64,000 nt of DNA from an uncultured delta proteobacterium (lineage in GTDB: Bacteria > Desulfobacterota > Desulfobacteria > Desulfobacterales > JAFDCJ01), in contig CAVYNY010000018.1 in assembly GCA_963769935.1 (NCBI GenBank), positions 256,001 to 320,000 on the forward strand. The letters run 5' to 3'. This document shows positions 27,933 through 36,950 of the stretch, in pieces. Position 1 is the stretch's first letter. Every line of letters starts with the position of its first letter. Below the pieces are notes generated by a model. The model did no database searches. It saw only the letters and a list, made by a program, of their open reading frames with translations, and was not told the DNA's origin. Position numbers and translations under genes: made by a program.

Positions 27933-29451
27933 TGCGAACGAGGCCCCGGGCCCATTGCGGCGTACCGAGTGCATGTATATGGGTATAGGTGGCAAGAACA
28001 TTTTTGTAAACAATACCATCGCGATCTTTCTCAATCCCTTCACCCCGCTGCATGCGAAAGACCAGATCGCACTTTCCTGCCTCCAGTTTTGACACGCGGG
28101 AGTAGTGAAACTCATGGCCCCGGATCTCGGAGCCGACATCGAAGTAAGGATTTTCGGCGACCACCCGGACCACGGTGTATCCATGGCCCTGAGGTCGTTT
28201 ATAAAAATCAAAGGTCACCGGCAAAATTCCGACCATCGGATGGGATTGGCCCTCCAACACGAGGCGCTCTCCCAGATACATCAACCCGCCGCACTCGGCA
28301 TAGATGGGAAATCCTTCACCGGCCAGGGCCTTGAGTTGGGCATTGAAGTTTTTATTGTTCGCCAGCTGCCGGGCATGGGTTTCGGGAAAGCCGCCGCCGA
28401 TATAAAGCGCGTCCAGGTCGGGCAGTTCTTGATCGATCAGCGGGCTGATAAATACGATTTCAGCGCCTCCCCGGACAAGCGCATCGATATTCTCCGGATA
28501 ATAAAATTGAAAGGCCGAATCCCGGATAATCCCGATGCGAGGTGATGGGTTCTCGATGCTGGATACTCGATGCTGGTCGCCGGATGCTGGTCCCTGGATG
28601 CTGGATGCTCGATGCTGGATACTGGACGCCGGTCGCTGAATGCTGGTCGCCGGCTTTTGATCTTTGATCTCTGGCTCCTGTCCTCTGTCTTCTGTCTTCT
28701 GTCTTCTGCCCTCTGTCCTCTGTCCCCTGTCCTCTGTCTCAAAAACAGGAGCATTTTGAGCAATCTTGACAATGCCGTCAAGATCAAGGTGTTTTTCGCC
28801 AATCTTCGTAATCGCTGCAATCGCATCCTGGGCCCAATCGTGTTCAGCAGTGGGCACCAGCCCCAGGTGGCGCTCGGGAAAGAGCTGGTCGCCGAGCTTG
28901 GGTATGGCGCCGAGCACCGGGACGCCGCAATAGTGCTCAACGCTTTCCCGCAGCTTTTTCTCATGCCGCGCGTTGGCCACACGATTGAGAATAATGCCTT
29001 TGATCATGACGTGCGGATCAAATTGAATGCAACCCGAAACAACAGCCGCCATCGTGCGGGTCATTTTTGTGCAATCCACACACAAGATCACCGGACAATG
29101 GAGCAGTTTGGCGAGCTCAGCCGTACTGGTACTGCCTTCGAGGTCGATGCCGTCATACAGGCCGCGATTGCCTTCGATAACGGAAAGATCAAAATTGGTG
29201 GAATGCGATAAAAAGGAGTTTAAATTGGCTTGCGGGCTTAAAAGGAAAGAATCCAGATTATAGCAGGGATGGCCGGCGGCAAGGGCCAGCCATCCCGCAT
29301 CAATATAGTCCGGACCTTTTTTAAAAGGAGCAACCCTTTTACCCCGATTGCTCAAAGCAGCAATGACGGCAATCGATAAGATGGTCTTTCCCGACCCGCC
29401 GCGCAGGGCGGCAATGATTATTCTGGGAAATTCCATACCATCCGACTGCAT
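27901..29451 (-). CDS. dsrN: Cobyrinate a,c-diamide synthase homolog (siroheme amidase DsrN)
   Basis: GGSGKT, FKKGPDYID, IEG.RGL.DG, ERHLGL, AF.FYY, GGGFPE, AECGGLMYL, GHEFHYS and Y.H.H; directly follows dsrD. Confidence 0.9.
   Translation of the reverse strand: MQSDGMEFPRIIIAALRGGSGKTILSIAVIAALSNRGKRVAPFKKGPDYIDAGWLALAAGHPCYNLDSFLLSPQANLNSFLSHSTNFDLSVIEGNRGLYDGIDLEGSTSTAELAKLLHCPVILCVDCTKMTRTMAAVVSGCIQFDPHVMIKGIILNRVANARHEKKLRESVEHYCGVPVLGAIPKLGDQLFPERHLGLVPTAEHDWAQDAIAAITKIGEKHLDLDGIVKIAQNAPVFETEDRGQRTEGRRQKTEDRGQEPEIKDQKPATSIQRPASSIQHRASSIQGPASGDQHRVSSIENPSPRIGIIRDSAFQFYYPENIDALVRGGAEIVFISPLIDQELPDLDALYIGGGFPETHARQLANNKNFNAQLKALAGEGFPIYAECGGLMYLGERLVLEGQSHPMVGILPVTFDFYKRPQGHGYTVVRVVAENPYFDVGSEIRGHEFHYSRVSKLEAGKCDLVFRMQRGEGIEKDRDGIVYKNVLATYTHIHALGTPQWARGLVRNAIQFRKNRR
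28553..28741. repeat. 27 x 7-bp degenerate tandem repeat (189 bp, in frame) within dsrN
   Basis: Units drift from TGGATGC-type through TGATCTT to TGTCCTC/TGTCTTC; they encode the low-complexity linker ETEDRGQRTE...ASSIQ...SSIE. Confidence 0.85.
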
Positions 29452-29505
29452 TGATGACTGTTTGAAAATCAGAATAAAACCTAACCGGCGGTTGTAAAAA
29501 GCTTA

Positions 29506-29745
29506 CTATTCTTCGTGTTCGGCCGACGCCTGTTTTCCGGCGCCTTTCAGTCCATACATGGAGGTACTCCCGCTGGACCAGTACTCGAGAATTCCCTCCG
29601 TTACCATTTGATTTACCAGCTTTTTGGCTTCCCGGGGCTTTAGTTCAAGAATTTTGGAAAGGTCGTTAAAATAAAATTTGCTCTTGGATTTGGATTTCTT
29701 TTCCAGGGCTTCAACAATCTTGCTTTTTGCTTCCGCGTAATCCAT
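29506..29745 (-). CDS. dsrD: Dissimilatory sulfite reductase D
   Basis: KSKFYFND, KK....V.EG.LEYWSSGSTSMYGLKG; immediately after dsrB. Confidence 0.95.
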   Translation of the reverse strand: MDYAEAKSKIVEALEKKSKSKSKFYFNDLSKILELKPREAKKLVNQMVTEGILEYWSSGSTSMYGLKGAGKQASAEHEE

Positions 29746-29770
29746 GGTTAACCTCTTTTCAATTAAATAT

Positions 29771-29799
29771 AGGGAGCCCGATCCGACGTTGGGCTCCCT
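29771..29799 (-). terminator. Strong hairpin between dsrB and dsrD (partial terminator or mRNA-stability element)
   Basis: On the minus strand AGGGAGCCCAA-loop-TCGGGCTCCCT followed by ATATTTAATT. Confidence 0.55.
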
Positions 29800-29815
29800 T
29801 CACTGTTTTTGGCGC

Positions 29816-30961
29816 CTAAAACTTGAATTGTGAAGTGTGGCGCCAGGTGTAGTAGGCCGGATCACGGAAATCATCAATCAAATGATGAGTGAATTCCAGA
29901 TCACATTTCTCAAAGAAGCGCTCCCATCCGATCCGCTCGGCCCAATCACCCAGACGCTCATATTTGCGTGCACCTTGGGAATAGGCTTCCACGATTTTCT
30001 TGATGGTTGCGGTAGTCTGCGGCCAGCGCGGTGCCTCATTGGGAATAAAGGCAACCACAACCTTGGAAAACTTCGGTGTGCTGATGCGATTGGACACTTT
30101 CCCGCCGGCCATAATAACGATGCCATCGCCTTGGGTGTCGGCCAATGGCATGGAGGGGCACATGGTATAGCAGTTGCCGCAAAACATGCAGCGATCATTA
30201 TTGACAGCCACGCTGTTGAGCTTTTTACCGCCGACCTCCACCTTGGCCGGTTTGATGGCTGCCGTCGGGCAGGCCGCAATCGCCAGCGGAATTTCGCACA
30301 TCTTGTCCAGGTATTCATGGTCCAGCAGGGGCGGTTTGCGGTGATATCCCAGAATAGCGATATCCGAGCAGTGAACCGCACCGCACATGTTCAGGCAGCA
30401 GGCCAGCGATACCCGCAGGTGGGCCGGCAGCCTGTGGTTTTTGAAGTCGTCGAACAGCACATCCATGGTGGCTTTCACCGGACCGGAAGCATCTGTGGCC
30501 GGTGTGTGGCAGTGGATCCAACCCTGGGTGTGCACGATGTTGGTAATACCGGCACCCGTGCCGCCCACCGGAAATTTATAGCTGCCGCCGGCAAATTTGC
30601 GGCTTTCAAGGTCCTGAACCAACGGTTTGACCTTGTCTTCACTGTCCACCATAAATTCGACGTTATTGCGGGTGGTAAACCGTACATACCCGTCGCAATG
30701 TTTTTCAGCGATCTCACAAATTTCACGAATGTGGGTCGTGCTCATCAAACGGGCACCGCCGACGCGGATACTGTAAACTTTGTCGCCGGATTCGGCCACA
30801 TGATAATAAACGCCGGGTTGAATGTATTCGTGATACAGCCAGGTGCCTTTATTTTTGGCAATCACCGGCGGATAAAATTCGTCAAATTTTCTCGGACCGA
30901 TGTCGCTGATGCGGTTTTCCATCGGTTTGTCAGGATTATAGCCTGAAGATACAAATGCCAT
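29816..30961 (-). CDS. dsrB: Dissimilatory sulfite reductase beta subunit
   Basis: [51 protein letters not shown] and [12 protein letters not shown]. Confidence 0.99.
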   Translation of the reverse strand: MAFVSSGYNPDKPMENRISDIGPRKFDEFYPPVIAKNKGTWLYHEYIQPGVYYHVAESGDKVYSIRVGGARLMSTTHIREICEIAEKHCDGYVRFTTRNNVEFMVDSEDKVKPLVQDLESRKFAGGSYKFPVGGTGAGITNIVHTQGWIHCHTPATDASGPVKATMDVLFDDFKNHRLPAHLRVSLACCLNMCGAVHCSDIAILGYHRKPPLLDHEYLDKMCEIPLAIAACPTAAIKPAKVEVGGKKLNSVAVNNDRCMFCGNCYTMCPSMPLADTQGDGIVIMAGGKVSNRISTPKFSKVVVAFIPNEAPRWPQTTATIKKIVEAYSQGARKYERLGDWAERIGWERFFEKCDLEFTHHLIDDFRDPAYYTWRHTSQFKF

Positions 30962-30973
30962 GGTCTTTTCCCC

Positions 30974-32287
30974 CTATCTTTGATGATGTTTTCTGAATTC
31001 ATTGATGTCACGTGTCCAACCACCCTCGACTTCCTCTTCTTTCCAGAAAATGTAGGGGTTGGATCTGGGTTCCTGAACCATTCGCGGATCGGGTTGAAGT
31101 CCGGTGGCCTCAAGCAATTTCTGAAAGCCCTGACGCTTCATGAGCTCACCGAGGCGCTCCCGGTTTTTGCCTTCTTCCATCCACCAATCCCAGATGCCCT
31201 CAATAACCTCTTTGATTTCATCATAGGGTTCCTCGGCCTTGATAAAGGGAACCAGCATGGAACCCATCTGCGCGCCGTCAAGAATCGGGGCCTTGGCACC
31301 GACCAGGATGGAAAGGCCTTTATCCTCTCCAATCCGGAGCGCTCTGGGCATGGCATTGATGCAGTGCATGCAGCGATTGCATTCTTTGTTGTCGATCATC
31401 AGTTTGTTGTCTTCCATCCACATGCAGCTGGTGGGACACAGATCGATGACTTCTTTTTGAATATCAAACGGGCCCCAGTCGCGGCCGGAATGCGCACCGG
31501 CGTTGGGCGGCAGCTCACCGCCGATATAGGCCTGCACCGCTTCCTGATCAATGCGGATATCATCGCGCCAGGTCCCGATAAAGGACATGTCCGCCCGGGC
31601 AATGGAGGCCACACAGCAGTTCGGACAGCCGTCGAATTTGAATTTGAACTTGTACGGAAAGGCCGGCCGGTGAAGTTCGTCCTGGTATTCATTGGTCAGA
31701 TGGTAGCACAACGCGTGGGTGTCGTAGCAGGCATATTCACAGCGCGCTTGGCCGATGCAGTCGGAAGGCGTCCGCAGGTTGGAACCGGAACCGCCCAGAT
31801 CCTGGTTAAGAGTATGGGTCATCTCGTAAAAAATTTCTTCCAGCTGCGGGGTCGTGGTTCCGAGGAAAACGATGTCGCCGGTCGAGCCGTGCATGTTGGT
31901 AATGCCGCTGCCGCGAAAATCCCACAAGTCGCAGAGCTGACGCAGGAATTCGGTCGTATAAAATTTGCCGCTGGGCTGGTTTACGCGCAGGGTATGGAAG
32001 TGGGCCACACCCGGGAATGCTTGCGGCTGGTCGCAGTAGCGACCGATGACGCCGCCGCCGTAACCGAACACGCCGACAATACCGCCGTGCTTCCAGTGAG
32101 TTCGACCGTGCTTGTAGGAAAGCTCCAGCACACCCAGAAGGTCATCCACGACATCGGTGGGAATCTGGAATTCAACGTTCGCTTCGTTTTTCGCCCTCAC
32201 TTCGGCATGCTGCTTGAGATCAGACACAAAGCTCGGCCACGGCCCGCTTTCAAGCTGGTCCAACAAAGGGGTCTTGTGTTTTGCCAT
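30974..32287 (-). CDS. dsrA: Dissimilatory sulfite reductase alpha subunit
   Basis: LESGPWPSFV, HWKHGGIVGVFGYGGGVIGRY, NMHGSTGD, FPYKFKFKFDGCPNCC and C.RCMHCIN. Confidence 0.99.
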   Translation of the reverse strand: MAKHKTPLLDQLESGPWPSFVSDLKQHAEVRAKNEANVEFQIPTDVVDDLLGVLELSYKHGRTHWKHGGIVGVFGYGGGVIGRYCDQPQAFPGVAHFHTLRVNQPSGKFYTTEFLRQLCDLWDFRGSGITNMHGSTGDIVFLGTTTPQLEEIFYEMTHTLNQDLGGSGSNLRTPSDCIGQARCEYACYDTHALCYHLTNEYQDELHRPAFPYKFKFKFDGCPNCCVASIARADMSFIGTWRDDIRIDQEAVQAYIGGELPPNAGAHSGRDWGPFDIQKEVIDLCPTSCMWMEDNKLMIDNKECNRCMHCINAMPRALRIGEDKGLSILVGAKAPILDGAQMGSMLVPFIKAEEPYDEIKEVIEGIWDWWMEEGKNRERLGELMKRQGFQKLLEATGLQPDPRMVQEPRSNPYIFWKEEEVEGGWTRDINEFRKHHQR

Positions 32288-32442
32288 TATTTACCTCCAT
32301 TTTTATTTATATTAAAACCTTAAACCTAAGAGTAACGCCCTTTCATAAGGGATAACCTGTCGTCACCTCCTCTCGATGCTGGATTATTCTGTCTAAATAT
32401 CGAATTCGTATCAATATTATCCATTTAAATGATCAAGGGGCA

Positions 32443-32471
32443 GATATACGTTTAATCCCTATTCTTGTCAA
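32443..32471 (-). promoter_or_regulatory. Possible sigma70 promoter of the dsr operon
   Basis: Minus strand TTGACA, 17-bp spacer, TATATC; the -10 match is imperfect. Confidence 0.4.
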
Positions 32472-32618
32472 TAAAAAAGCACGGAATGATGCCGTTAACG
32501 GGTTAAATAAATTCGAAATAGCGAAATCCCCATCATATTGAGGCCAAGAAAAATGGAAATCCCCTATATAGTAGTTTGAGTGAACAGCCGGAATCTATCG
32601 GCATGGGAACGCGGCCAA

Positions 32619-33812
32619 TCATGAAATAAATTTTTGTATGACGCCGCCCAGGGTTTCGACATGCTCAGGGACGTGCTGTTTAAGGACACGATGCCCGGGG
32701 GTATCCGGATCGGACACATTTACGACGGCCGTGACCAAATCGTATAGGTCCTGCCGGGTGCACACTGAAAGATAATAACGAAAACATCGCTCGATGGTAT
32801 CCGGCAACATTTGGACAGGCGGTTTGAGGGCCAGACCCTCCATAAACCCTGTGAGGGTCGGCCCGACGACCGATGGATCCGCCCAAACGATTTCCCCGAC
32901 GCCATCCAGGCGATCCAGGCGCGTACGAATCGACAGACTTAAGAAAAAAATCAGCAACGCCTGCAGGGTCAATTCAGGGCTTCCGGCCGTGCTTTCCAAA
33001 GCTTGCCGGTTGGTTAACAGAGGGGTGTAGCGACGCACCGTAATAAGCTTTGCGTCCAGGCGGCCGTTTTCTATCCTGATAACAAAATCGCCGGCGGCAT
33101 GATGCCAGGGAAAGATTTGTGAAAAAGTTTCGGCGTTGTAATAGTATGCTAAAATCCGGGCGACCTGCCGGTACAGCTCCTGCGATTGTTCAAAAGACAG
33201 CAAAAAGCGGTTGTTCCGGGCGTGCCAGACGGCTATCTGATGGCTGTGATCCGAAGGATTACGGGTGAGGTGAAATTCATGGTAATCCTCAAACCATTGC
33301 CCCAAAAACATGCTGATCTTGCGATTGCCGGCCGAGGTGATGTCACCGATTCCGTATACCTGAGGCAAAAATGAAGGGATGAATTCCTTATTCAGCTTTT
33401 GCAAATATTCATATTCATCCCGGATGTGCCGGATACCCGTATCAGAGACAGCGACATTGAGCACAAAGGAAATCTTCCGGCGCTGAGTAAGCACCTGCAG
33501 ATGTGCCGGATGGTAAAACTCACCGTGCTTTTCAAGGCCGATACGGATTTCACGGATTTGCACCGGCTTCATTTCCGGCTCGATACGTTCGCCAATCGCG
33601 CGGTAGATTAGCTCGCATCCGGTATTCTCAAGAAAAGCCCGGACGGCCGTAAAATACTCTCCGTAGCTGAGTGTTGGAGCGCCCCCTGCCGGCGATAGGC
33701 TTCGGTCCAGAGGCAGGGGGTGTTGCCAAATCGGGCTGTGGCGGGTCACAGAAACATTTCCGTGGGACACAAAGTTGGAAAACTGTGGCTTAGCGGGCCC
33801 TGTGTTCATCAA
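32619..33812 (-). CDS. Hypothetical protein with protein-kinase-like motif order (pseudokinase candidate)
   Basis: 397-aa ORF overlapping the TPR gene end; VLNVA / IRDEYEYLQKL / LPQVYG / MFLGQWF / WHHAAGDFVI / KLITVR occur in kinase-subdomain order. Confidence 0.7.
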   Translation of the reverse strand: MMNTGPAKPQFSNFVSHGNVSVTRHSPIWQHPLPLDRSLSPAGGAPTLSYGEYFTAVRAFLENTGCELIYRAIGERIEPEMKPVQIREIRIGLEKHGEFYHPAHLQVLTQRRKISFVLNVAVSDTGIRHIRDEYEYLQKLNKEFIPSFLPQVYGIGDITSAGNRKISMFLGQWFEDYHEFHLTRNPSDHSHQIAVWHARNNRFLLSFEQSQELYRQVARILAYYYNAETFSQIFPWHHAAGDFVIRIENGRLDAKLITVRRYTPLLTNRQALESTAGSPELTLQALLIFFLSLSIRTRLDRLDGVGEIVWADPSVVGPTLTGFMEGLALKPPVQMLPDTIERCFRYYLSVCTRQDLYDLVTAVVNVSDPDTPGHRVLKQHVPEHVETLGGVIQKFIS

Positions 33813-34416
33813 TCTCCTTTAAAATTTCCGGCGCAACCTTATATCCCAGTTCTAGAGCCCGATCGCAGTGTTCGACGGCCAGATCATAGGCCTCTTTTTC
33901 AAGATAAGCGATGGCCAGATTGTTGTGCGCCGGTGCAAAGTCGCCATGCAGCTTGAGCGCCTTCAGGTTCGCCTCAACAGCCTCATCAACCCGGCCTTTC
34001 AATAAATACGCATTGGCCAAGTTGGCGAACGCCTGGACGTATCTGAAATTAAAAGTGGTGGCACGCTCAAGATTTTTAATGGCTTCATCGATGTTGCCGC
34101 GCTGAAGTTCAACAAATCCGATATTGCCGTAGCCCTCTGAAAACCCCGGTTTGGCTTTAACCGCCATTTTATTGTACTTCAGGCATCCTTCCAGATCATT
34201 GCGCTGCAGGCAGATCCCGCCGAGCAAGACGTAGGCCTCCGCCATGCCGGGGCTACAGTCTATTGCTTCATGCAACTCTTTTTCAGCTTCACCGAAATTC
34301 TGCTGTCCCATGTAGGCCACTGCAAGATTGTAGTGTGAATTGCCGCACTCCGGATTTTGCGCAATCGCGGTCTTTTGTTCCGCAATATATTCGTCTGCAT
34401 TTCTGGCTTTGGTCAT
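33790..34416 (-). CDS. Tetratricopeptide-repeat protein
   Basis: Repeated 34-aa units (..AH/Y.NL(A/G)..Y...G..DEA.....AL...P). Confidence 0.9.
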   Translation of the reverse strand: MTKARNADEYIAEQKTAIAQNPECGNSHYNLAVAYMGQQNFGEAEKELHEAIDCSPGMAEAYVLLGGICLQRNDLEGCLKYNKMAVKAKPGFSEGYGNIGFVELQRGNIDEAIKNLERATTFNFRYVQAFANLANAYLLKGRVDEAVEANLKALKLHGDFAPAHNNLAIAYLEKEAYDLAVEHCDRALELGYKVAPEILKEIDEHRAR

Positions 34417-34467
34417 CAGCTGAGTTCCTTTAAGTTTTTTTAGTTGAGTCTTAGACCATCTTTTTGC

Positions 34468-34496
34468 TTGACATAATAGGGCCTTTTATCTACGGT
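34468..34496 (+). promoter_or_regulatory. Putative sigma70 promoter of dapA
   Basis: TTGACA (34468-34473), 17-bp spacer, TACGGT (34491-34496). Confidence 0.5.
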
Positions 34497-34577
34497 TTCA
34501 AGCATTAATGAAAAACTGGATTAATAACCTGCTATTTCAGAAAAAACAATATTTTTTTGTCGCCAGGGGGGTGCATT

Positions 34578-35612
34578 ATGAAAGCGGGAAGTTATACGGC
34601 AATTGCAACTCCGTTCAAAAACGGTGCCGTGGATTATAAAAGTTTGGAGAAGCTTGTCGATTTTCAGATACAATGCGGCATTACCGGCATCGTGGCCGTC
34701 GGCACCACCGGCGAAAGTCCGGTTTTGAACTGGGAGGAACACAACCAGGTCACGGAAGTCATCGCCCAAAAAACCAATGGCAAATGTATCTGCATTGCCG
34801 GCACCGGCAGCAACAATACCTCTGAATCCCTCGCAGGAACCAAACATGCCGCTGAAGCGGGCGTGGATGCGGCTTTGCTGGTGGATCCCTATTACAACGG
34901 GCCGAGTTCGCTCGAAATCAGGCGCGAGTATGTCGCACCGATTGCCGCCGCCTTTCCGGATCTGGACATCATACCTTACGTCATTCCTGGAAGAACCGGT
35001 GCCCAGCTGTTACCCGAGGATCTCGCCCTGCTGTATCAGTCACATCCGAATGTCGGTACCGTCAAAGAGGCAACCGCCAATCTGGACAATATGAGAAAGA
35101 CCCGCGCATGCTGCGGGCCGGATTATATGATTTTCTCCGGTGATGACGCGCTGACCTATAAAATGATGATCGACCCCCGGATCAAAGCGGCCGGTGTCAT
35201 ATCCGTGGTTTCCAATGTGGTCCCGGGAGCGGTAACGGAGATGGTCCGCCTGCTTAATGAGGGCCATCAATCGCAGGCCGAAGCCCTGATGCTGAAGCTG
35301 GAGCCGCTGTTCAACCTGGTGACAATTAAAACCACCGAAAAAACGCCCTACGGCGATGTGCAATGCCGGGCAAGAAATCCGCTCGGTCTCAAAACGCTGA
35401 TGTCAATTCTGGGGATGCCTTCGGGCATGTGCCGGCAACCGCTGGGCAAAATGACGCGAAACGGTCTCAAGGTGGTCCTCGACGCCGCCCGTAAAGTTTA
35501 TACGGAAACGCCGGAGATCCTGCAGCCGCTGGCCGACTTTTTCAAGGTTGACATTGGGGAAAGGCTGGAAAATCAGGCTTACCGGGAAGGGCTGTATTAC
35601 GAGAGTTATTAG
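34578..35612 (+). CDS. dapA: 4-hydroxy-tetrahydrodipicolinate synthase
   Basis: A.ATPF, GTTGESP.L, IAGTGSNNT.E, PYYN, Y.IPGRTG, KEA (Schiff-base Lys), SGDD and G.ISV.SNV. Confidence 0.9.
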   Translation: MKAGSYTAIATPFKNGAVDYKSLEKLVDFQIQCGITGIVAVGTTGESPVLNWEEHNQVTEVIAQKTNGKCICIAGTGSNNTSESLAGTKHAAEAGVDAALLVDPYYNGPSSLEIRREYVAPIAAAFPDLDIIPYVIPGRTGAQLLPEDLALLYQSHPNVGTVKEATANLDNMRKTRACCGPDYMIFSGDDALTYKMMIDPRIKAAGVISVVSNVVPGAVTEMVRLLNEGHQSQAEALMLKLEPLFNLVTIKTTEKTPYGDVQCRARNPLGLKTLMSILGMPSGMCRQPLGKMTRNGLKVVLDAARKVYTETPEILQPLADFFKVDIGERLENQAYREGLYYESY

Positions 35613-35670
35613 GCTTGAGTGCCGGCAGCAAGCCACGTTATTGGGCCGCAGGTGCCAGAAACAGATTTCA

Positions 35671-35947
35671 CAGGTTTCAGTGTTCAGGTGTCAGCGCCGC
35701 CGTTGGCGGCCCAAGCTGCCAGTTTGATCAGAAATGAAACTTTTAAAAGGCGAATACCGGATAATGAACATCGGGTGTCGAAGGAAGGTATTCTGTCTAT
35801 TTTAAAAAAGATTGGGCATCGCGCGACGCAAGCGCCTGCGCGGCGCGAGCGAAACTACCCTTCGACATTTTGCGGCTCGCTATTAAGCTTTTTAGCGTTT
35901 CATACGAAAACTTTAAACCCATTCTGCCGACACCCGAAACCTGACAC
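35671..35947. repeat. Nested inverted-repeat element with heptamer-repeat termini (MITE/REP-like)
   Basis: Left CAGGTTT-CAGTGTT-CAGGTGT-CAG against right CCGACAC-CCGAAAC-CTGACAC; inner TGTCGAAGG (35776-35784) pairs with CCTTCGACA (35859-35867). Confidence 0.6.
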
Positions 35948-35998
35948 CTCATTCTACTTGATATACCTGTCTGATTAGGATTAGCCTAATTCGTTGGT

Positions 35999-36811
35999 TC
36001 AGGCGTTTTTTCCCTCTCCGGCCGCCCCCGTCTTCATCTTAAAATCCCCTTCCTTGAACAGCAGCCATTTGAGCCACCGCAAACCAAACTGCAGCAAGGC
36101 AATTTCATCATTCTTAACCTCGGCGAGCGTCGCAGCGGCAATTTCGTAGCGCTGTAGAAAGGAGCTTTCAAATACAAATTCACGAAACTTATCAATATTG
36201 TAGCTGATTAAAAAGAACATCTTCTTGGTCTGCTCAGTCCACTTCATGTTGGGTGGAAACGAACGTTTGCGCACGACCAGATCCATCCATGCGGCATTAA
36301 TTTTATCATGAATATCCAAATCCTGGTCCTGCCGCCATTGCGCAATCGTCCGGTCTTCATCTTCCTCAAATCCCAGACAATGCGGTTCATGGACAAAGAA
36401 ATAAAACTCCTCACCATCCGAGTCCTCTTTGTGGCTCAAAGACGCGATCCCCAGCGGATAATAACGACAGGTTGTCGGTCGGTCTTCGTAAACCAAACAG
36501 CCGTTTTCTCTGACAAAGGGACACGCTCGGCCTTCAGAATCGCCTTCTTCAGCATCCAGCAGTTTTAACATCACCACCGGCAGATCGGTTTTCTCTAAAA
36601 TTTGAGCCTCGGTATAAAGCGCTAAAAATTCCTCCGATGAAAGCCCCACGCGATTTTTAAGCCGGATAATATCGTAGGGGGTGAGGATAATATTGATATC
36701 TTTGCAGCAGCGGGTGAAACATTTCACTGCCGGGTGGCATTTGAATTTAAATCTACTTTCGGGTCCAAGCCTGACGGGCTCTACGTTGGTCATGGCCTCC
36801 AGTTTATCCAT
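35999..36811 (-). CDS. YkgJ-family cysteine-cluster protein (CxxCxxCC)
   Basis: F.CH..V.CF..CC, CPF....GC.VY..RP..CR.YP and E.HC.GF. Confidence 0.88.
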   Translation of the reverse strand: MDKLEAMTNVEPVRLGPESRFKFKCHPAVKCFTRCCKDINIILTPYDIIRLKNRVGLSSEEFLALYTEAQILEKTDLPVVMLKLLDAEEGDSEGRACPFVRENGCLVYEDRPTTCRYYPLGIASLSHKEDSDGEEFYFFVHEPHCLGFEEDEDRTIAQWRQDQDLDIHDKINAAWMDLVVRKRSFPPNMKWTEQTKKMFFLISYNIDKFREFVFESSFLQRYEIAAATLAEVKNDEIALLQFGLRWLKWLLFKEGDFKMKTGAAGEGKNA

Positions 36812-36950
36812 TTTTAATATCCTCTCACAGATGAGATCATCCGATCATTAAAAAAATCAGAACTTAATTCTTGATTTATCGGCCCAATATACTATATCGG
36901 AGGTATAAAAGCGAATCATTTCCCGACGCGAATCAAATTTATTAACACAA

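Noticed and set aside
27933..28211. 93-codon N-terminal extension of the methyltransferase ORF (27072..28211)
   Set aside because: It overlaps the conserved dsrN C-terminus in another frame and looks non-protein-like; the start near 27932 is more plausible.
28553..28741. Possible CRISPR array
   Set aside because: Period is 7 bp with no unique spacers, and no cas genes are in the window.
28437..29211. Alternative-frame ORFs with repetitive peptides (28437..28982 minus, 28570..29211 plus)
   Set aside because: By-products of the stop-free heptamer array inside dsrN.
29837..32323. Long antisense ORFs (369 and 447 aa) mirroring dsrB and dsrA, and similar shadows over many other genes
   Set aside because: They are codon-registered with highly biased sense genes and show no recognisable motifs; expected shadow ORFs.
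35619..35978. 119-aa ORF after dapA (and the 88-aa ORF at 45045..45311)
   Set aside because: Both span inverted micro-repeat elements and translate to repeat-derived peptides; likely spurious.
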